The notes beneath the pieces were generated by a model. That model saw nothing but the letters and a program-made list of their open reading frames with translations. It ran no database searches and was not told the DNA's origin. A DNA stretch of 64,000 nt, from positions 91,202 to 155,201 of IMG/VR virus record IMGVR_UViG_3300017761_003320; one strand, 5' to 3'. The stretch comes from a virus. Each line of letters begins with the position of its first letter. Positions within the stretch are counted from its first letter, which is position 1. Shown here piece by piece: positions 21,501 to 29,366 of this stretch. The position numbers and the translations under genes are program-made.

Positions 21501-21865
21501 TAAGTGTATATTACAAAATTCTACACAAAGAAGATAGTGATACATTTGCTAATGCTAGATGGATTCCAATGGATCCTTCTTCGGAAGCAGGATTTACATC
21601 ATCTACCACATATTCTAGCTCAGAATTGAAAGATGATTTTAGAGAATATGTATTTGTCCCACCTGTTTATGTTGAATCTGGTGGAGAGTCTGCTTATAAA
21701 TCGGGAACAAATCCAAGCAATAGTGATATAATTGAATATAAAAATTCAACTGGCGCTAAATTTGTTGGTTATAAGTATCTGTCAATCAAGGTCATTTTAA
21801 CAAGCACGTCAACAACAAATCCACCAAGATTAGATGATGTTAGAGTGATTGCATTACAGAGATGA
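15560..21865 (+). CDS. Large VrlC-like (DUF4815-type) virion structural protein
   Basis: NLNVDPYYDDFD..KNFHRILFRPG.AVQARELTQ.QSILQNQI, APGA.RLK, RTYDESGNY, TMKDIG.L..RIENLEYYT.L.LLE, DPIAQSF; follows gp8. Confidence 0.85.
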   Translation: MASIANTVTISTNLNVDPYYDDFDESKNFHRILFRPGLAVQARELTQVQSILQNQIDRFAEHIFKEGSVIRGCQTLLDKDVLFIKLRDRASNGTTTVNVYSFLNKTITGVTSGVSASVIKVNDGSEANTPNYKTLFVKLTGANGPIRMFSNGEIINSTSGGFTANLISSGATGFSALMKISSGVIFAKDHFVRTDDDLLVLSKYSSNTSGRIGFNVIESIVKESDDSTLLDPASGSYNYAAPGAARLKLSARFVTIGLNETASNNFIELVQLKDGVIQSQSDTPQYGLLRDYFAKRTYDESGNYVVKGLNPRLREHLLSANNQGVYTSGEGGDSAKLVVELTPGKAYVQGYDIETLQSARVAIDKANDYASVSSASTIIDYGNYVIVDNIVGNWGVNSQALVSLRAQQANAVSTLSYSTTSLPSTQIGTARVRSLEHYSGTPGLPSAQYKLYLTDINMNSGFGFTNVQSIGYDGGAGTALGKADILGSNGLNANTSESAFDRAVFRLPAKYIRRLRSTSGTVVSDFRFKKSFDITFGTAGTATVTTGLASETFSGSGALSASLGRANYYVVARGSGNTGAIGTLRLSTTSGSNTITRSNSSIDLTTRISPGELIRVANTGDFIVTSVSASSLTTLSTASATRTGMRVHKLIKQGQILDFGGSGGLAGTARSITVSSSTQTDFDLKETLGSSINATVIAELNKVDGQEASKTVNRNRLVQIRVGSGGGTSYVANTTGPWPLGLSDGFKLLSVRKKSGSNFASLTEGTDVTNSFVLDSGMNDSYYSHAQLVKKPGAGISISSGDRLLVKLDYFIHSYSTGVGYFSVDSYPVSDATAGTDTTKIYTYDIPRFTSQRTGILYDLRDCIDIRPRMTDTANTVTSLSNISINPKLSTSFDQPSGGLRFMSTGDTFTTDLDYYLYRNDRIVLDRKGIFSLVRGVPSNNPTTPDEPLDSMSIATINLTPYPSLPDEQARRVGRTDLASKVFPIKNPRFTMKDIGVLRDRIENLEYYTTLNLLEMDTKNLLIQDETGNNRFKNGILVDPFYGHNVGDVTNSDYKISVDSAKGEARPPFKLDNFELFYNSANSSNVVRTNTTTGGVARDQIVFISNSAAAFANGQTVTAGGASGTLRFKVNNKLYIENATANFSTGATATSGAVSSTISGVYAIPPGNLITLPYTHEVFVRQPFSSTTKNAAGLFWKWNGRVFLNPDSDYWTDTVQLPDVNVNVDNFDDNWAQSGAWGTSWNNWQTVWQSSSDAVVNNTTVSTQGDATIATTTSTTTTTTTSGQVREGIQYSLTPVTTTTNYGPRVISTNIQPFMRSRPIRFTATEVKPGARLYAFFDGTPVSEYVTPTNSSFANTAREGGPLFSAANGNVYGIFRIPADERLRFRTGTLRFRLSDSQTNDISAGSSLTSAEGSYSSQGLTQQTQSTIVSTTNPQVVMTAVSESQTAITNAVSTTTTSVSASVTQNITNVINVTQVVQQPAQEDPIAQSFTVNTLAVGKVNGSGAFATKVDLFFASKSTTLGCEVHLREIDTLSNTITPRVVPFSTVFLQPAEINVSDNASAPTPVYFSAPVYLQNGRDYAIIIKPVGNNPDITLHISRLGEVDKLTGNRITSQPAAGMLFASANDKVYTAIQEEDLKFTLYVANFQNSSVGSVVFKNELRDYLEIANASAAFIRAGELVHGETILVGTFANTKHVNTGVTYVQGMTSGATGTISRFSTSQLRVRNVSLTSKFRGGETIRIRNTNATTGVIVGNSTGGITSATTPTGRVAYFDAVSFANTYLHLANVAYTNSGAASGSGRVFFANNWIRGQVNGAIARIVKLDRLQADVLNISTDFLTPTNTAIIVSGKFATSNSSRDTSYINLDVNNNNEFASPRYVLSRSMESNTSISGTSMGADRSAEIKTSLISLNRYASPVLDVQRISAIIVENLINNDTTGEANTASGGNALAKYITRKMTLADGQDAEDIRVYLTAYRPPGSNVSVYYKILHKEDSDTFANARWIPMDPSSEAGFTSSTTYSSSELKDDFREYVFVPPVYVESGGESAYKSGTNPSNSDIIEYKNSTGAKFVGYKYLSIKVILTSTSTTNPPRLDDVRVIALQR

Positions 21866-22086
21866 CAAAGCCACCTTTTGCTAAAATAAAAAATGAATCA
21901 GGTTATGTTAAAGATATGGCCAATAAGGCTATACTCTCAACTGATCTTGTTGGATTAGAAGCATATAAGACGAGAAAGAAAAAAGCGGTCGAAATGCAAT
22001 CCAAATTAGATGAGATAAATACTCTAAAGCAGGACGTCGCTGAGATCAAGGATCTATTAAAACAGCTACTCGGATCCAAGGAATAG
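21862..22086 (+). CDS. Small conserved hypothetical protein with C-terminal coiled coil
   Basis: YVKD...KAILSTD...Y, then EINTLKQDVAEIKDLLKQLL; overlaps the stop of the VrlC-like gene. Confidence 0.75.
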   Translation: MTKPPFAKIKNESGYVKDMANKAILSTDLVGLEAYKTRKKKAVEMQSKLDEINTLKQDVAEIKDLLKQLLGSKE

Positions 22087-22092
22087 TCATAG

Positions 22093-22683
22093 ATGGCTAA
22101 AATTGCAAATGTCGCATTAACTAATACGTTTGATACCTGGAGGATTCGATCTAACCAGGCATTTAATCGTTTAAGTCAATTTGCGATTGATGAATCAAAA
22201 CTTTATGCTAATACACTAACTGCTAACGTGCAGTTTGTATCTTTAGGTGCAACAAAGCTAGGTTCAAGTGCCACTACAAGAATTATAGCTAATGGTCTAT
22301 TATCAACTAACGGCAATTTTACTGTATCAGGTAACTCAGTTATAGGCGCGGCCACTAAGCGTACTGTGATAAATGGAACGGTAACGGCTAACGGCAATTT
22401 AACAATAACTGGTAATACTACGATCGGTGATGCCGCTACTGATAGATTAACTTTAAATAGTAATACTGTTTCAATTGGTGCGGCCGTATTAAATATTGAT
22501 ACTGGACTTCTATTTTTACAGAAAAATTCAAATAGAGTAGGTATTAATACACTACGCCCAAATACGGCTTTTCATGTGAATGGTGTGGTCTTGGCAAATA
22601 GTGGATTCAAATATCCAGACGGAGCTTTAACAACTGCGCCACTATATGTGTATGATGATACCGGCTCTCAGTTGTATCCATAA
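22093..22683 (+). CDS. Short tail-fibre/adaptor protein
   Basis: N-terminal TNTFDTWRIRSN fibre-anchor-like motif; beta repeats GNLTITGNTTIG; C-terminus shared with the 1710-aa fibre. Confidence 0.65.
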   Translation: MAKIANVALTNTFDTWRIRSNQAFNRLSQFAIDESKLYANTLTANVQFVSLGATKLGSSATTRIIANGLLSTNGNFTVSGNSVIGAATKRTVINGTVTANGNLTITGNTTIGDAATDRLTLNSNTVSIGAAVLNIDTGLLFLQKNSNRVGINTLRPNTAFHVNGVVLANSGFKYPDGALTTAPLYVYDDTGSQLYP

Positions 22684-22692
22684 GGTAATACG

Positions 22693-23952
22693 ATGGCAAA
22701 TCCTTTAAAGGTCAAAAAAACAGGCGCTACATTTAACGGCCTGCAGCTTATGACAAATGCAGAGATGAATTATACTGTCGATGTTGTTCTTAAATTATTT
22801 GCCAATACAAATTCAGGTCTTGGTACTGTAAATATTGATGGTGCTACTGGTACATCAATTGGTACATTTGTTGATACTTCTAGATCAGGTTCTGTTGGTG
22901 ATCACCCAGTTGCAGATTCACCTACAACAGTAACCACATATACATTTAAGCAAGATGTTACAACTGCTGCAACAGAAGTTATAACAAGGCCGATTGAACA
23001 TTCATCTAGCGGTATTAGACAACAAAATGATACACAGCTAAATGCATCAATCATCACACGAGCCTTAGCTAACTGTGCAGCATCTGGTATAGGTTCATAT
23101 GCATTACAACCTAGTGCTCCAGTTGGAACTTGGACATCAGTCGGCACCATAACAAATAGTGTTATCGGTGCAACCAATACATCAACCTTGTGGAGAAAAA
23201 CTGGTGGTACTGCCCCAACCGCGGTAAGACCATTAAAATATCAAACTAGTCCGTCAAAATCTTTCAAAGAAATGACGGATGTTGAAATACAAGGTCTTAC
23301 TAATAGATTTCGTAATCAGATCATATCTACTGGTATTTGCACTTACAAATTACAAACATCAGCTCCATCACCAGGCACATGGACTACAACCGGTGCGGCC
23401 TTTGATGATACTAGAAATACACTAGCATCTGCGAACTATACCGGATCATATACTGGTTCATATGGAGCCACTTATAGTGGATCCTTTGCAGGATCTTATG
23501 CAGCCACTTATAGTAGATCCTTTGCAGGATCTTATGCAGCCACTTATAGTAGATCCTTTGCAGGTTCTTATTCCGGTAGCTATTCCGGTACATATTCTGG
23601 TCCTTATTCAGGATCTTATACAAGAAATAGATCACAAAATTTTCAAACATTTTTTACTGGATTTGGTGGTACGATTTTTACTGGATTCTTTACAGGATTT
23701 TATACAGGGTTCTATACAGGATTTTATACAGGATCTTATACAGGATCTTATACTGGTAGCTATACTGGGAATTTTGCTGGTACATATACTGGTAACTATA
23801 CTGGGAATTTTGCTGGTACATATGCTGGTAACTATACTGGGAATTTTGCTGGTACATATGCAGGATCATATGCCGGATCATATGCTGGAACAACTATTCA
23901 AGCAAGTTCAGCTACCATTTCAACAGTCAGCCTTTGGGTGAGGACCGCATAA
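22693..23952 (+). CDS. Fibre-like virion protein with (Y/F)xGx tetrapeptide repeats
   Basis: Internally duplicated N-terminal domain (two ...IG.Y.LQ.SAP..GTW.. units) followed by 38 tetrapeptides. Confidence 0.75.
   Translation: MANPLKVKKTGATFNGLQLMTNAEMNYTVDVVLKLFANTNSGLGTVNIDGATGTSIGTFVDTSRSGSVGDHPVADSPTTVTTYTFKQDVTTAATEVITRPIEHSSSGIRQQNDTQLNASIITRALANCAASGIGSYALQPSAPVGTWTSVGTITNSVIGATNTSTLWRKTGGTAPTAVRPLKYQTSPSKSFKEMTDVEIQGLTNRFRNQIISTGICTYKLQTSAPSPGTWTTTGAAFDDTRNTLASANYTGSYTGSYGATYSGSFAGSYAATYSRSFAGSYAATYSRSFAGSYSGSYSGTYSGPYSGSYTRNRSQNFQTFFTGFGGTIFTGFFTGFYTGFYTGFYTGSYTGSYTGSYTGNFAGTYTGNYTGNFAGTYAGNYTGNFAGTYAGSYAGSYAGTTIQASSATISTVSLWVRTA
23437..23892 (+). repeat. 12-bp-period coding repeat containing 36-bp tandem units
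   Basis: Units such as GATCCTTTGCAGGATCTTATGCAGCCACTTATAGTA and ACTGGGAATTTTGCTGGTACATAT(A/G)CTGGTAACTAT encode YTGS/FAGS/YAAT/YTGN. Confidence 0.95.
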
Positions 23953-24417
23953 ATGTCTGATAGACAAATTTTGGAACCATATTGGGCATCCAATTTAAAA
24001 AATCAAATAGTATGTAAATTTAAATATGCTGATGGGCGAGAAGTTGTGGCATCCGTATCGCAAACGGATGAAGGTAATCCTGATTGGGATGAAATAATTC
24101 AGAAATTTACTATGGAAGAAATTGATGCCAATACGGCCGCAGGTGTTCAAAGACATGAAGAAAATCGTTTAAAACGTCAGATGGAGCAGCAACGTCAAGC
24201 CGATAATTTTAGACGTGAAGCTTTGTTTATGGCTAAGAGTGATGCATTTGAAGTTGATTTGGTAAGAACTTCTACAAATACTGAGTTAAAATCAAAACTT
24301 AGAAAAGCGGCCTCTATTATGGAAGTTACTTTACTTGCATCTATGATTGCGCTAGATAATTACAACATGCAAAAGGTGACAGTCGATGCCGAAACGTCGT
24401 CAGCAAACACAGCTTGA
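23953..24417 (+). CDS. Hypothetical protein (possible fibre chaperone)
   Basis: 154-aa ORF abutting the repeat-protein gene. Confidence 0.6.
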   Translation: MSDRQILEPYWASNLKNQIVCKFKYADGREVVASVSQTDEGNPDWDEIIQKFTMEEIDANTAAGVQRHEENRLKRQMEQQRQADNFRREALFMAKSDAFEVDLVRTSTNTELKSKLRKAASIMEVTLLASMIALDNYNMQKVTVDAETSSANTA

Positions 24418-25144
24418 GCCTAGCAAAGGCTATCTTCTTGTAGCATCATATTCAAAAGCTTATTATGATGCTGCAATAAGATGCGCGATATCTATTCGTG
24501 ACCATCATCCTGATGCTAGAATAGTTCTGTTTACCCATGCAGATTTTATTAAGGATTCCGATAGATATCTATTTGAAGATGTCATAACTGGTATTCCGTA
24601 TCATATGCGCGCAAAATTATGGGCCCTTGATAAGACTCCATTTGATATAACTCTATATCTAGATTGCGATACTGAAATATGGCATAATGATATTTCTAAT
24701 ATATTTGACCTATTAGGTGATAGTGATATCGCAATAACTAATATTCGAGAATATGCTGGAAAAGGCACTAATGTAAGTAAGACTGAAAAAATGACACATC
24801 ACTGTGGTGTATTTCTTTATAGAAAAAATACAACCATTAGCTTTATGCAAAAATGGTGGTGTGATTATTTGATTCAAACAACACGTGGTCCATGGCCATA
24901 TCCCGAATATGAATCTAATATGAAACCTTGGGATCAATTTACTTTTTGGCGGTTGTTGAAAGAAGAATTTAAAAATATTAAAGTATCAATCTTGCCAGAT
25001 GATGCTAGATGGAATTTCATACATCTGTATCTAGATAGTGAGACCGATAAGCCAATAGTGGTCTGGCACTATACAATACCCAGAGGAATCGTAGATGCAA
25101 ACTCTATCAAAGATACATCCTATTCTCCAGAAAATTTTAGATGA
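24386..25144 (+). CDS. GT-A glycosyltransferase (GT8-like)
   Basis: RAKLWAL..TPFDITLYLDCD (DxD), HCGVFLY, WDQFTFW, RWNF, VVWHYT. Confidence 0.75.
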   Translation: MPKRRQQTQLEPSKGYLLVASYSKAYYDAAIRCAISIRDHHPDARIVLFTHADFIKDSDRYLFEDVITGIPYHMRAKLWALDKTPFDITLYLDCDTEIWHNDISNIFDLLGDSDIAITNIREYAGKGTNVSKTEKMTHHCGVFLYRKNTTISFMQKWWCDYLIQTTRGPWPYPEYESNMKPWDQFTFWRLLKEEFKNIKVSILPDDARWNFIHLYLDSETDKPIVVWHYTIPRGIVDANSIKDTSYSPENFR

Positions 25145-25739
25145 CTTTTCTGATTGGTTTTTCCAACAAGATTTGTCACAATTAAAAATACAAAGACGAG
25201 ATGATTTTAAGAAAAATCTATCTTACATAGAATGCACTAATAGAGAATATCTGGAGTCGGCCTTACCGACTCCGGAGAGATTTGGTTTTCCTAGAGACTG
25301 TTATGGTATTGATATGATCATACACCATTCGAAGGAAAGAGAGTTTTTTCCGACTTATTTTGATCCAGTGCTTAGAAAACTAGATGATGATCTAATGACA
25401 TTTCTTGGCGCTAGAAATAATGCATTAAAGATGTATTATCCACCAGAAGGTTTTATAGGATGGCATAATAATGGAAATGCACATGGTTACAATATAGTAA
25501 TAACATATAGCAAAACTGGTGATGGTGCATTTTATTCATATGATTTGAAAACCAAAGAAATCATAGAATACAAAGATAAGCCAGGTTGGAATATAAAGGT
25601 TGGATATTTTGGTAAATTTTCAGAACCTGATACTGTATTTTGGCATTCGGCTAGAACCGATTGTGATAGATTGACATTAAGCTATATCATATATGATAAA
25701 AATATTTGGGATAATATGATCGAAGATATTCAATCATGA
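25095..25739 (+). CDS. Double-stranded beta-helix (2OG-Fe(II)-like) oxygenase
   Basis: YYPPEGFIGWHNN...FWHSARTDCDRLTLSY gives an H-x-N...H...R pattern; HxN replaces the canonical HxD. Confidence 0.6.
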   Translation: MQTLSKIHPILQKILDDFSDWFFQQDLSQLKIQRRDDFKKNLSYIECTNREYLESALPTPERFGFPRDCYGIDMIIHHSKEREFFPTYFDPVLRKLDDDLMTFLGARNNALKMYYPPEGFIGWHNNGNAHGYNIVITYSKTGDGAFYSYDLKTKEIIEYKDKPGWNIKVGYFGKFSEPDTVFWHSARTDCDRLTLSYIIYDKNIWDNMIEDIQS

Positions 25740-26381
25740 TTTGGTTAACATTTGAATAACTTCTGCATCTGACATCTTTAGACTAAACACAGAATCAACT
25801 AATGAAGTTCTATTGAAAATCCATTTCATATCCAAAATATCATAACCATCTGGATATTCAAATGTAATAAATTCATCATTACCAAAATATTTGATCATAT
25901 ATTCTTCACTGGCCGATATGAATTTTTCATATAGATCATGATGATTACCACCAGTCCACATCATGATTGATGAATTTAATATGGTAAAATACATACCCAA
26001 AGTCTTTTTTCGTAAATGAGTATTTACTAAACTTTTATGCGTGATTTTAGATGGGTTTTGTCCTATGATTAGCTTGTCACCAAATTGTAGCATTTCATCT
26101 ATAGGCTTTAAAAGCTTCGAATCTAGATCAAAAAATATACATTTTGCACCATCTTCACATAATCCTGGCTTAAATAATAGAAGCTTGAACCACCAACCTT
26201 CCAAATCATGATCACGCACATCTATCGGAATAATATCTGTGCCTATAAATTCGTCGGGGTCATCGGTTAGGCAATAGTGTTTGAATGGTGAACCGAGATA
26301 AATCTTACTTGATTCATTAATGGCCATAACATATTTTTTGTTATATTTTGGCTTTACTAATATGGAGTATAGATGATACAT
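25734..26381 (-). CDS. GT-A glycosyltransferase-like protein (antisense to the operon)
   Basis: KPKY...YV, HYCLTDD, GWWFKLLLF, FFDLD, LNSSIMMW, YFGNDEFI. Start taken at ATG 26381. Confidence 0.7.
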   Translation of the reverse strand: MYHLYSILVKPKYNKKYVMAINESSKIYLGSPFKHYCLTDDPDEFIGTDIIPIDVRDHDLEGWWFKLLLFKPGLCEDGAKCIFFDLDSKLLKPIDEMLQFGDKLIIGQNPSKITHKSLVNTHLRKKTLGMYFTILNSSIMMWTGGNHHDLYEKFISASEEYMIKYFGNDEFITFEYPDGYDILDMKWIFNRTSLVDSVFSLKMSDAEVIQMLTKS

Positions 26382-27114
26382 GTCGACCTCTATAAAATTC
26401 ATATGCTATAAGTGGGGAAAGAAATACCCAAGTATATATGTTAACAGATTATATAATATGGTAAAAGCACATTACAATGGCAGCTTTTCTTTTCACTGTA
26501 TAACTGATGATATTTCAAATATTAGAAATGAAATTATAACACACGACATTAATAAAATTGCATCATTTCGTAAAGATATAGGATCAATTTTTACAATAGA
26601 AAAATTAAGTTCATTTAAACCTGGTTTTTTGGATGGAGGTCGATTTGTTTTACTAGACCTTGATATCATAATACATGGTAATTTAACAGAATATTTGAAT
26701 GGGTGTTTTACAGAATTTAGATTGATCAAAAATTATTGGCAACCTGATTATGCAGATATAACCCATTATGGCGGTAATTACTGTTCAATAAATTCATCAT
26801 TCGTTACATGGAAAGATGATCAAGCATCACACATATATGATTTTTATATGAAAAATCTCAATAAGATTTCTCGGGTTTACAATAGTTTTGATAGATCATT
26901 ATATTATCTTCAAGATGGGCAATATGCATTTCATTCAAAAGGAATAGTATATTCTTATAATGGAGGGGCCCACTATCCTGATGATAGGTCCGTAGGATTA
27001 TATAGAGATTCTTATAAAATTTGCATATTTAATAATTCTCATGGTTATGGTATGGATATTAACAATACAAAAAATTGGGCATTAAGCATGTGGAAAAAAT
27101 ATGATACCTTATAA
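26380..27114 (+). CDS. GT-A glycosyltransferase-like protein
   Basis: ICYKWGKKYPSIYVNRLYNMV, FHCITDD, LLDLDIII, INSSFVTW; paralog of the divergent gene. Confidence 0.75.
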   Translation: MSTSIKFICYKWGKKYPSIYVNRLYNMVKAHYNGSFSFHCITDDISNIRNEIITHDINKIASFRKDIGSIFTIEKLSSFKPGFLDGGRFVLLDLDIIIHGNLTEYLNGCFTEFRLIKNYWQPDYADITHYGGNYCSINSSFVTWKDDQASHIYDFYMKNLNKISRVYNSFDRSLYYLQDGQYAFHSKGIVYSYNGGAHYPDDRSVGLYRDSYKICIFNNSHGYGMDINNTKNWALSMWKKYDTL

Positions 27115-27739
27115 AGATATGAAAGAAAAAATTTCATCCAAATATAATAAGTTAATAAGAACGTCAGAATGGCCAATATCTCATGTATTAAATGATAGCA
27201 TAGATCCTTATTATTCTAGTATAGAATATGAAATTGTCGAATCTTTGATACCGCATATTGAAAATGGTTCTAAAATTGCCATATTAGGTTCTTGGTTTGG
27301 TATAACTTTTTTAGAAACATTTTCTTTAATAAATCACAAAATAGATACGATAAAGCTATTTGATTATGACCCAACGGTTGAAATAATTGGTAAAAAAATA
27401 TCCAATATGGTAGATATTGATGTCAAATATCTAAGAAAAAATGTAATTTTTGATGATATAACAAAAGATATAGATGGGTTTAATATCTTCATAATACCCT
27501 ATATTCATATGCTATTACCTTTTGATGATATTATTCCAAATGCACCTAAAAATAATTTGATTTCATTGTCTGGTTCAAATGATGCATTTTTAATGAGATA
27601 TGGAAATCCTATATTCAATGTAGATGATCTAAAGCAACAAACAACATTTTCCGATGAATTGTATATCTCAGAAAAAGAAATGAAATTTCTGGATAGGAGA
27701 TTAAGTTTTAAAAAATCGATTTTAACGGCAAGAATCTAA
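27101..27739 (+). CDS. Class I SAM-methyltransferase-like protein
   Basis: KIAILGSWFG (motif I-like), then LFDYD (acidic residue after beta2). Confidence 0.5.
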   Translation: MIPYKDMKEKISSKYNKLIRTSEWPISHVLNDSIDPYYSSIEYEIVESLIPHIENGSKIAILGSWFGITFLETFSLINHKIDTIKLFDYDPTVEIIGKKISNMVDIDVKYLRKNVIFDDITKDIDGFNIFIIPYIHMLLPFDDIIPNAPKNNLISLSGSNDAFLMRYGNPIFNVDDLKQQTTFSDELYISEKEMKFLDRRLSFKKSILTARI

Positions 27740-27797
27740 ATAGGCCGTGATCTAGCTATAATATGAATGAAAACATTATAGCTGGAGGATGCCTATT

Positions 27798-28067
27798 ATG
27801 GCTGAAAATAAAGAAGAACCCGCAGCGCAGACACCTGCTCTTACACAAGAGCAAACCACGCTGTCAATGGCACATTCATTTTTTGTTACAAAAATATCGA
27901 TTATATCTCTTGCATCAATCATGGTATCTGTGGTTGGTGTTTTGTTAATTAGCATTTTTCATCCAGATGTTGATAATAACAAAATTTTTGAAATTCTCGG
28001 ACCTGCATTTCAAACTGTAGTCGGTTGTTTTGTTGGAATGGTATCTGCGAATTTCATAAGGAAATAA
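27798..28067 (+). CDS. Small two-TM membrane protein (possible lysis accessory)
   Basis: Two hydrophobic helices; GGAGG SD at 27784. Confidence 0.6.
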   Translation: MAENKEEPAAQTPALTQEQTTLSMAHSFFVTKISIISLASIMVSVVGVLLISIFHPDVDNNKIFEILGPAFQTVVGCFVGMVSANFIRK

Positions 28068-28071
28068 TATT

Positions 28072-28587
28072 ATGGACCAGCTCCTTAATATAGTCAAGAC
28101 GGTTGCACCAACTATCGCAACTGCGATGGGTGGACCTCTTGCAGGTATGGCAGTTCGCACCTTATCCGAGACATTGCTTGGTAAGCCTGACGGTACGCAA
28201 GAGGAGCTGGCCGCGGCGGCAGCGGCTGCAACACCAGATCAATTACTTGCGCTAAAAAATGCTGAAAATAATTTTAAGCTTGAAATGAAAAAGCTTGATG
28301 TCGATTTAGAGCGTATTAGCGCAGGTGATCGTGATAGTGCTCGTCATATGGCAATGCAAAATCCAAGAGATTGGACACCAAGGGCTTTGGCAGGTGTTAT
28401 TACAATTGGTTTCTTTGGTGTATTAATGTATATGTTGATGTTTGGTCTACCTGCTGCCGGTGGTGGTGAGGCAATGTTGGTTATGCTAGGTACCCTAGGC
28501 ACAGCATGGGGTGCTGTAGTATCATTCTATTTTGGTTCATCGGCAGGCTCAAGAGCAAAAGATGAAGCTTCGGCTGGAAAGAAGTAA
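28072..28587 (+). CDS. Holin-like membrane protein (3TM/GTA-type)
   Basis: VAPTIATAMGGPLAG, DRDSAR, C-terminal TM helices ending VVSFYFGSSAGS. Confidence 0.6.
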   Translation: MDQLLNIVKTVAPTIATAMGGPLAGMAVRTLSETLLGKPDGTQEELAAAAAAATPDQLLALKNAENNFKLEMKKLDVDLERISAGDRDSARHMAMQNPRDWTPRALAGVITIGFFGVLMYMLMFGLPAAGGGEAMLVMLGTLGTAWGAVVSFYFGSSAGSRAKDEASAGKK

Positions 28588-28589
28588 GC

Positions 28590-28597
28590 CATAAATA
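28590..28597 (+). promoter_or_regulatory. Late promoter (CATAAATA) inside an inverted repeat
   Basis: AAGCCATA-AATAG-TATGGCTT upstream of gp13. Confidence 0.6.
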
Positions 28598-28621
28598 GTA
28601 TGGCTTAATTCGGAGGTAGGT

Positions 28622-29365
28622 ATGGCTGTACCAACTACTCGCAAGCTGTTCAAAGATTATTGTCTTAGACGGCTAGGTTATCCTGTCATTGATATCAACG
28701 TTGATGATGGTCAAGTTGATGACCGCATCGATGATGCGCTTGCATATTATCGAGATTTTCATTTTGATGGTACAGAACACATCTATCTTTCATATAAGAT
28801 TACACAGACGGATGTGAATAACAAATTTATCACGCTTCCTGATAATATCAATTATGTCATTCGTATTTTTGATATTGGTCGTGCATCTAGCGTATCAAAT
28901 CTATTCAATGTGCGATATCAAATTCATCTGAATGACTTGTTTGACTTTACAAGTACAACTTATGTTCCATATGTTATGGGTATGCGTCATATTGAGGAGC
29001 TTGAACAGATATTTGTTGGTAGCAAACCAATTCGATTTAATCGTCATAACAACTGTTTATATGTTGATATGAAATGGGACAAAGATGTTAAGGTTGATGA
29101 TTATGTAATTGTCGATTGCTATCGTGTACTTGATTCTGAGGCCTTCAGCGATGTCTGGTCAGATCCGTGGTTAAAGAAATATGCATCAGCTCTTATCAAA
29201 AAGCAATGGGGCGAAAACCTAAAGAAGTTTGAAGGTATGAACCTTCCTGGTGGGGTAAAATTCAACGGCCAAAAAATTTGGGATGAAGCTAATGATGAAA
29301 TCAATGCTCTTGAAAAAGAAATGAATAGTGGCTATAGCTTACCCGTCATGGATATGATGAATTGA
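28622..29365 (+). CDS. gp13: Neck protein
   Basis: YCLRRLGYPVIDINVDD.QVDDRIDDAL, WLKKYASALIKKQWGENL.KF.G..LPGG. Confidence 0.95.
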   Translation: MAVPTTRKLFKDYCLRRLGYPVIDINVDDGQVDDRIDDALAYYRDFHFDGTEHIYLSYKITQTDVNNKFITLPDNINYVIRIFDIGRASSVSNLFNVRYQIHLNDLFDFTSTTYVPYVMGMRHIEELEQIFVGSKPIRFNRHNNCLYVDMKWDKDVKVDDYVIVDCYRVLDSEAFSDVWSDPWLKKYASALIKKQWGENLKKFEGMNLPGGVKFNGQKIWDEANDEINALEKEMNSGYSLPVMDMMN

Positions 29366-29366
29366 T

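Noticed and set aside
23437-23892. 36-bp direct repeats as a possible CRISPR array
   Set aside because: The repeats are contiguous with no unique spacers and encode an in-frame peptide repeat; no cas genes.
23411-23941. Alternative-frame and antisense ORFs over the repeat (159, 79 and 67 aa)
   Set aside because: By-products of the 12-bp periodicity; no independent start signals.
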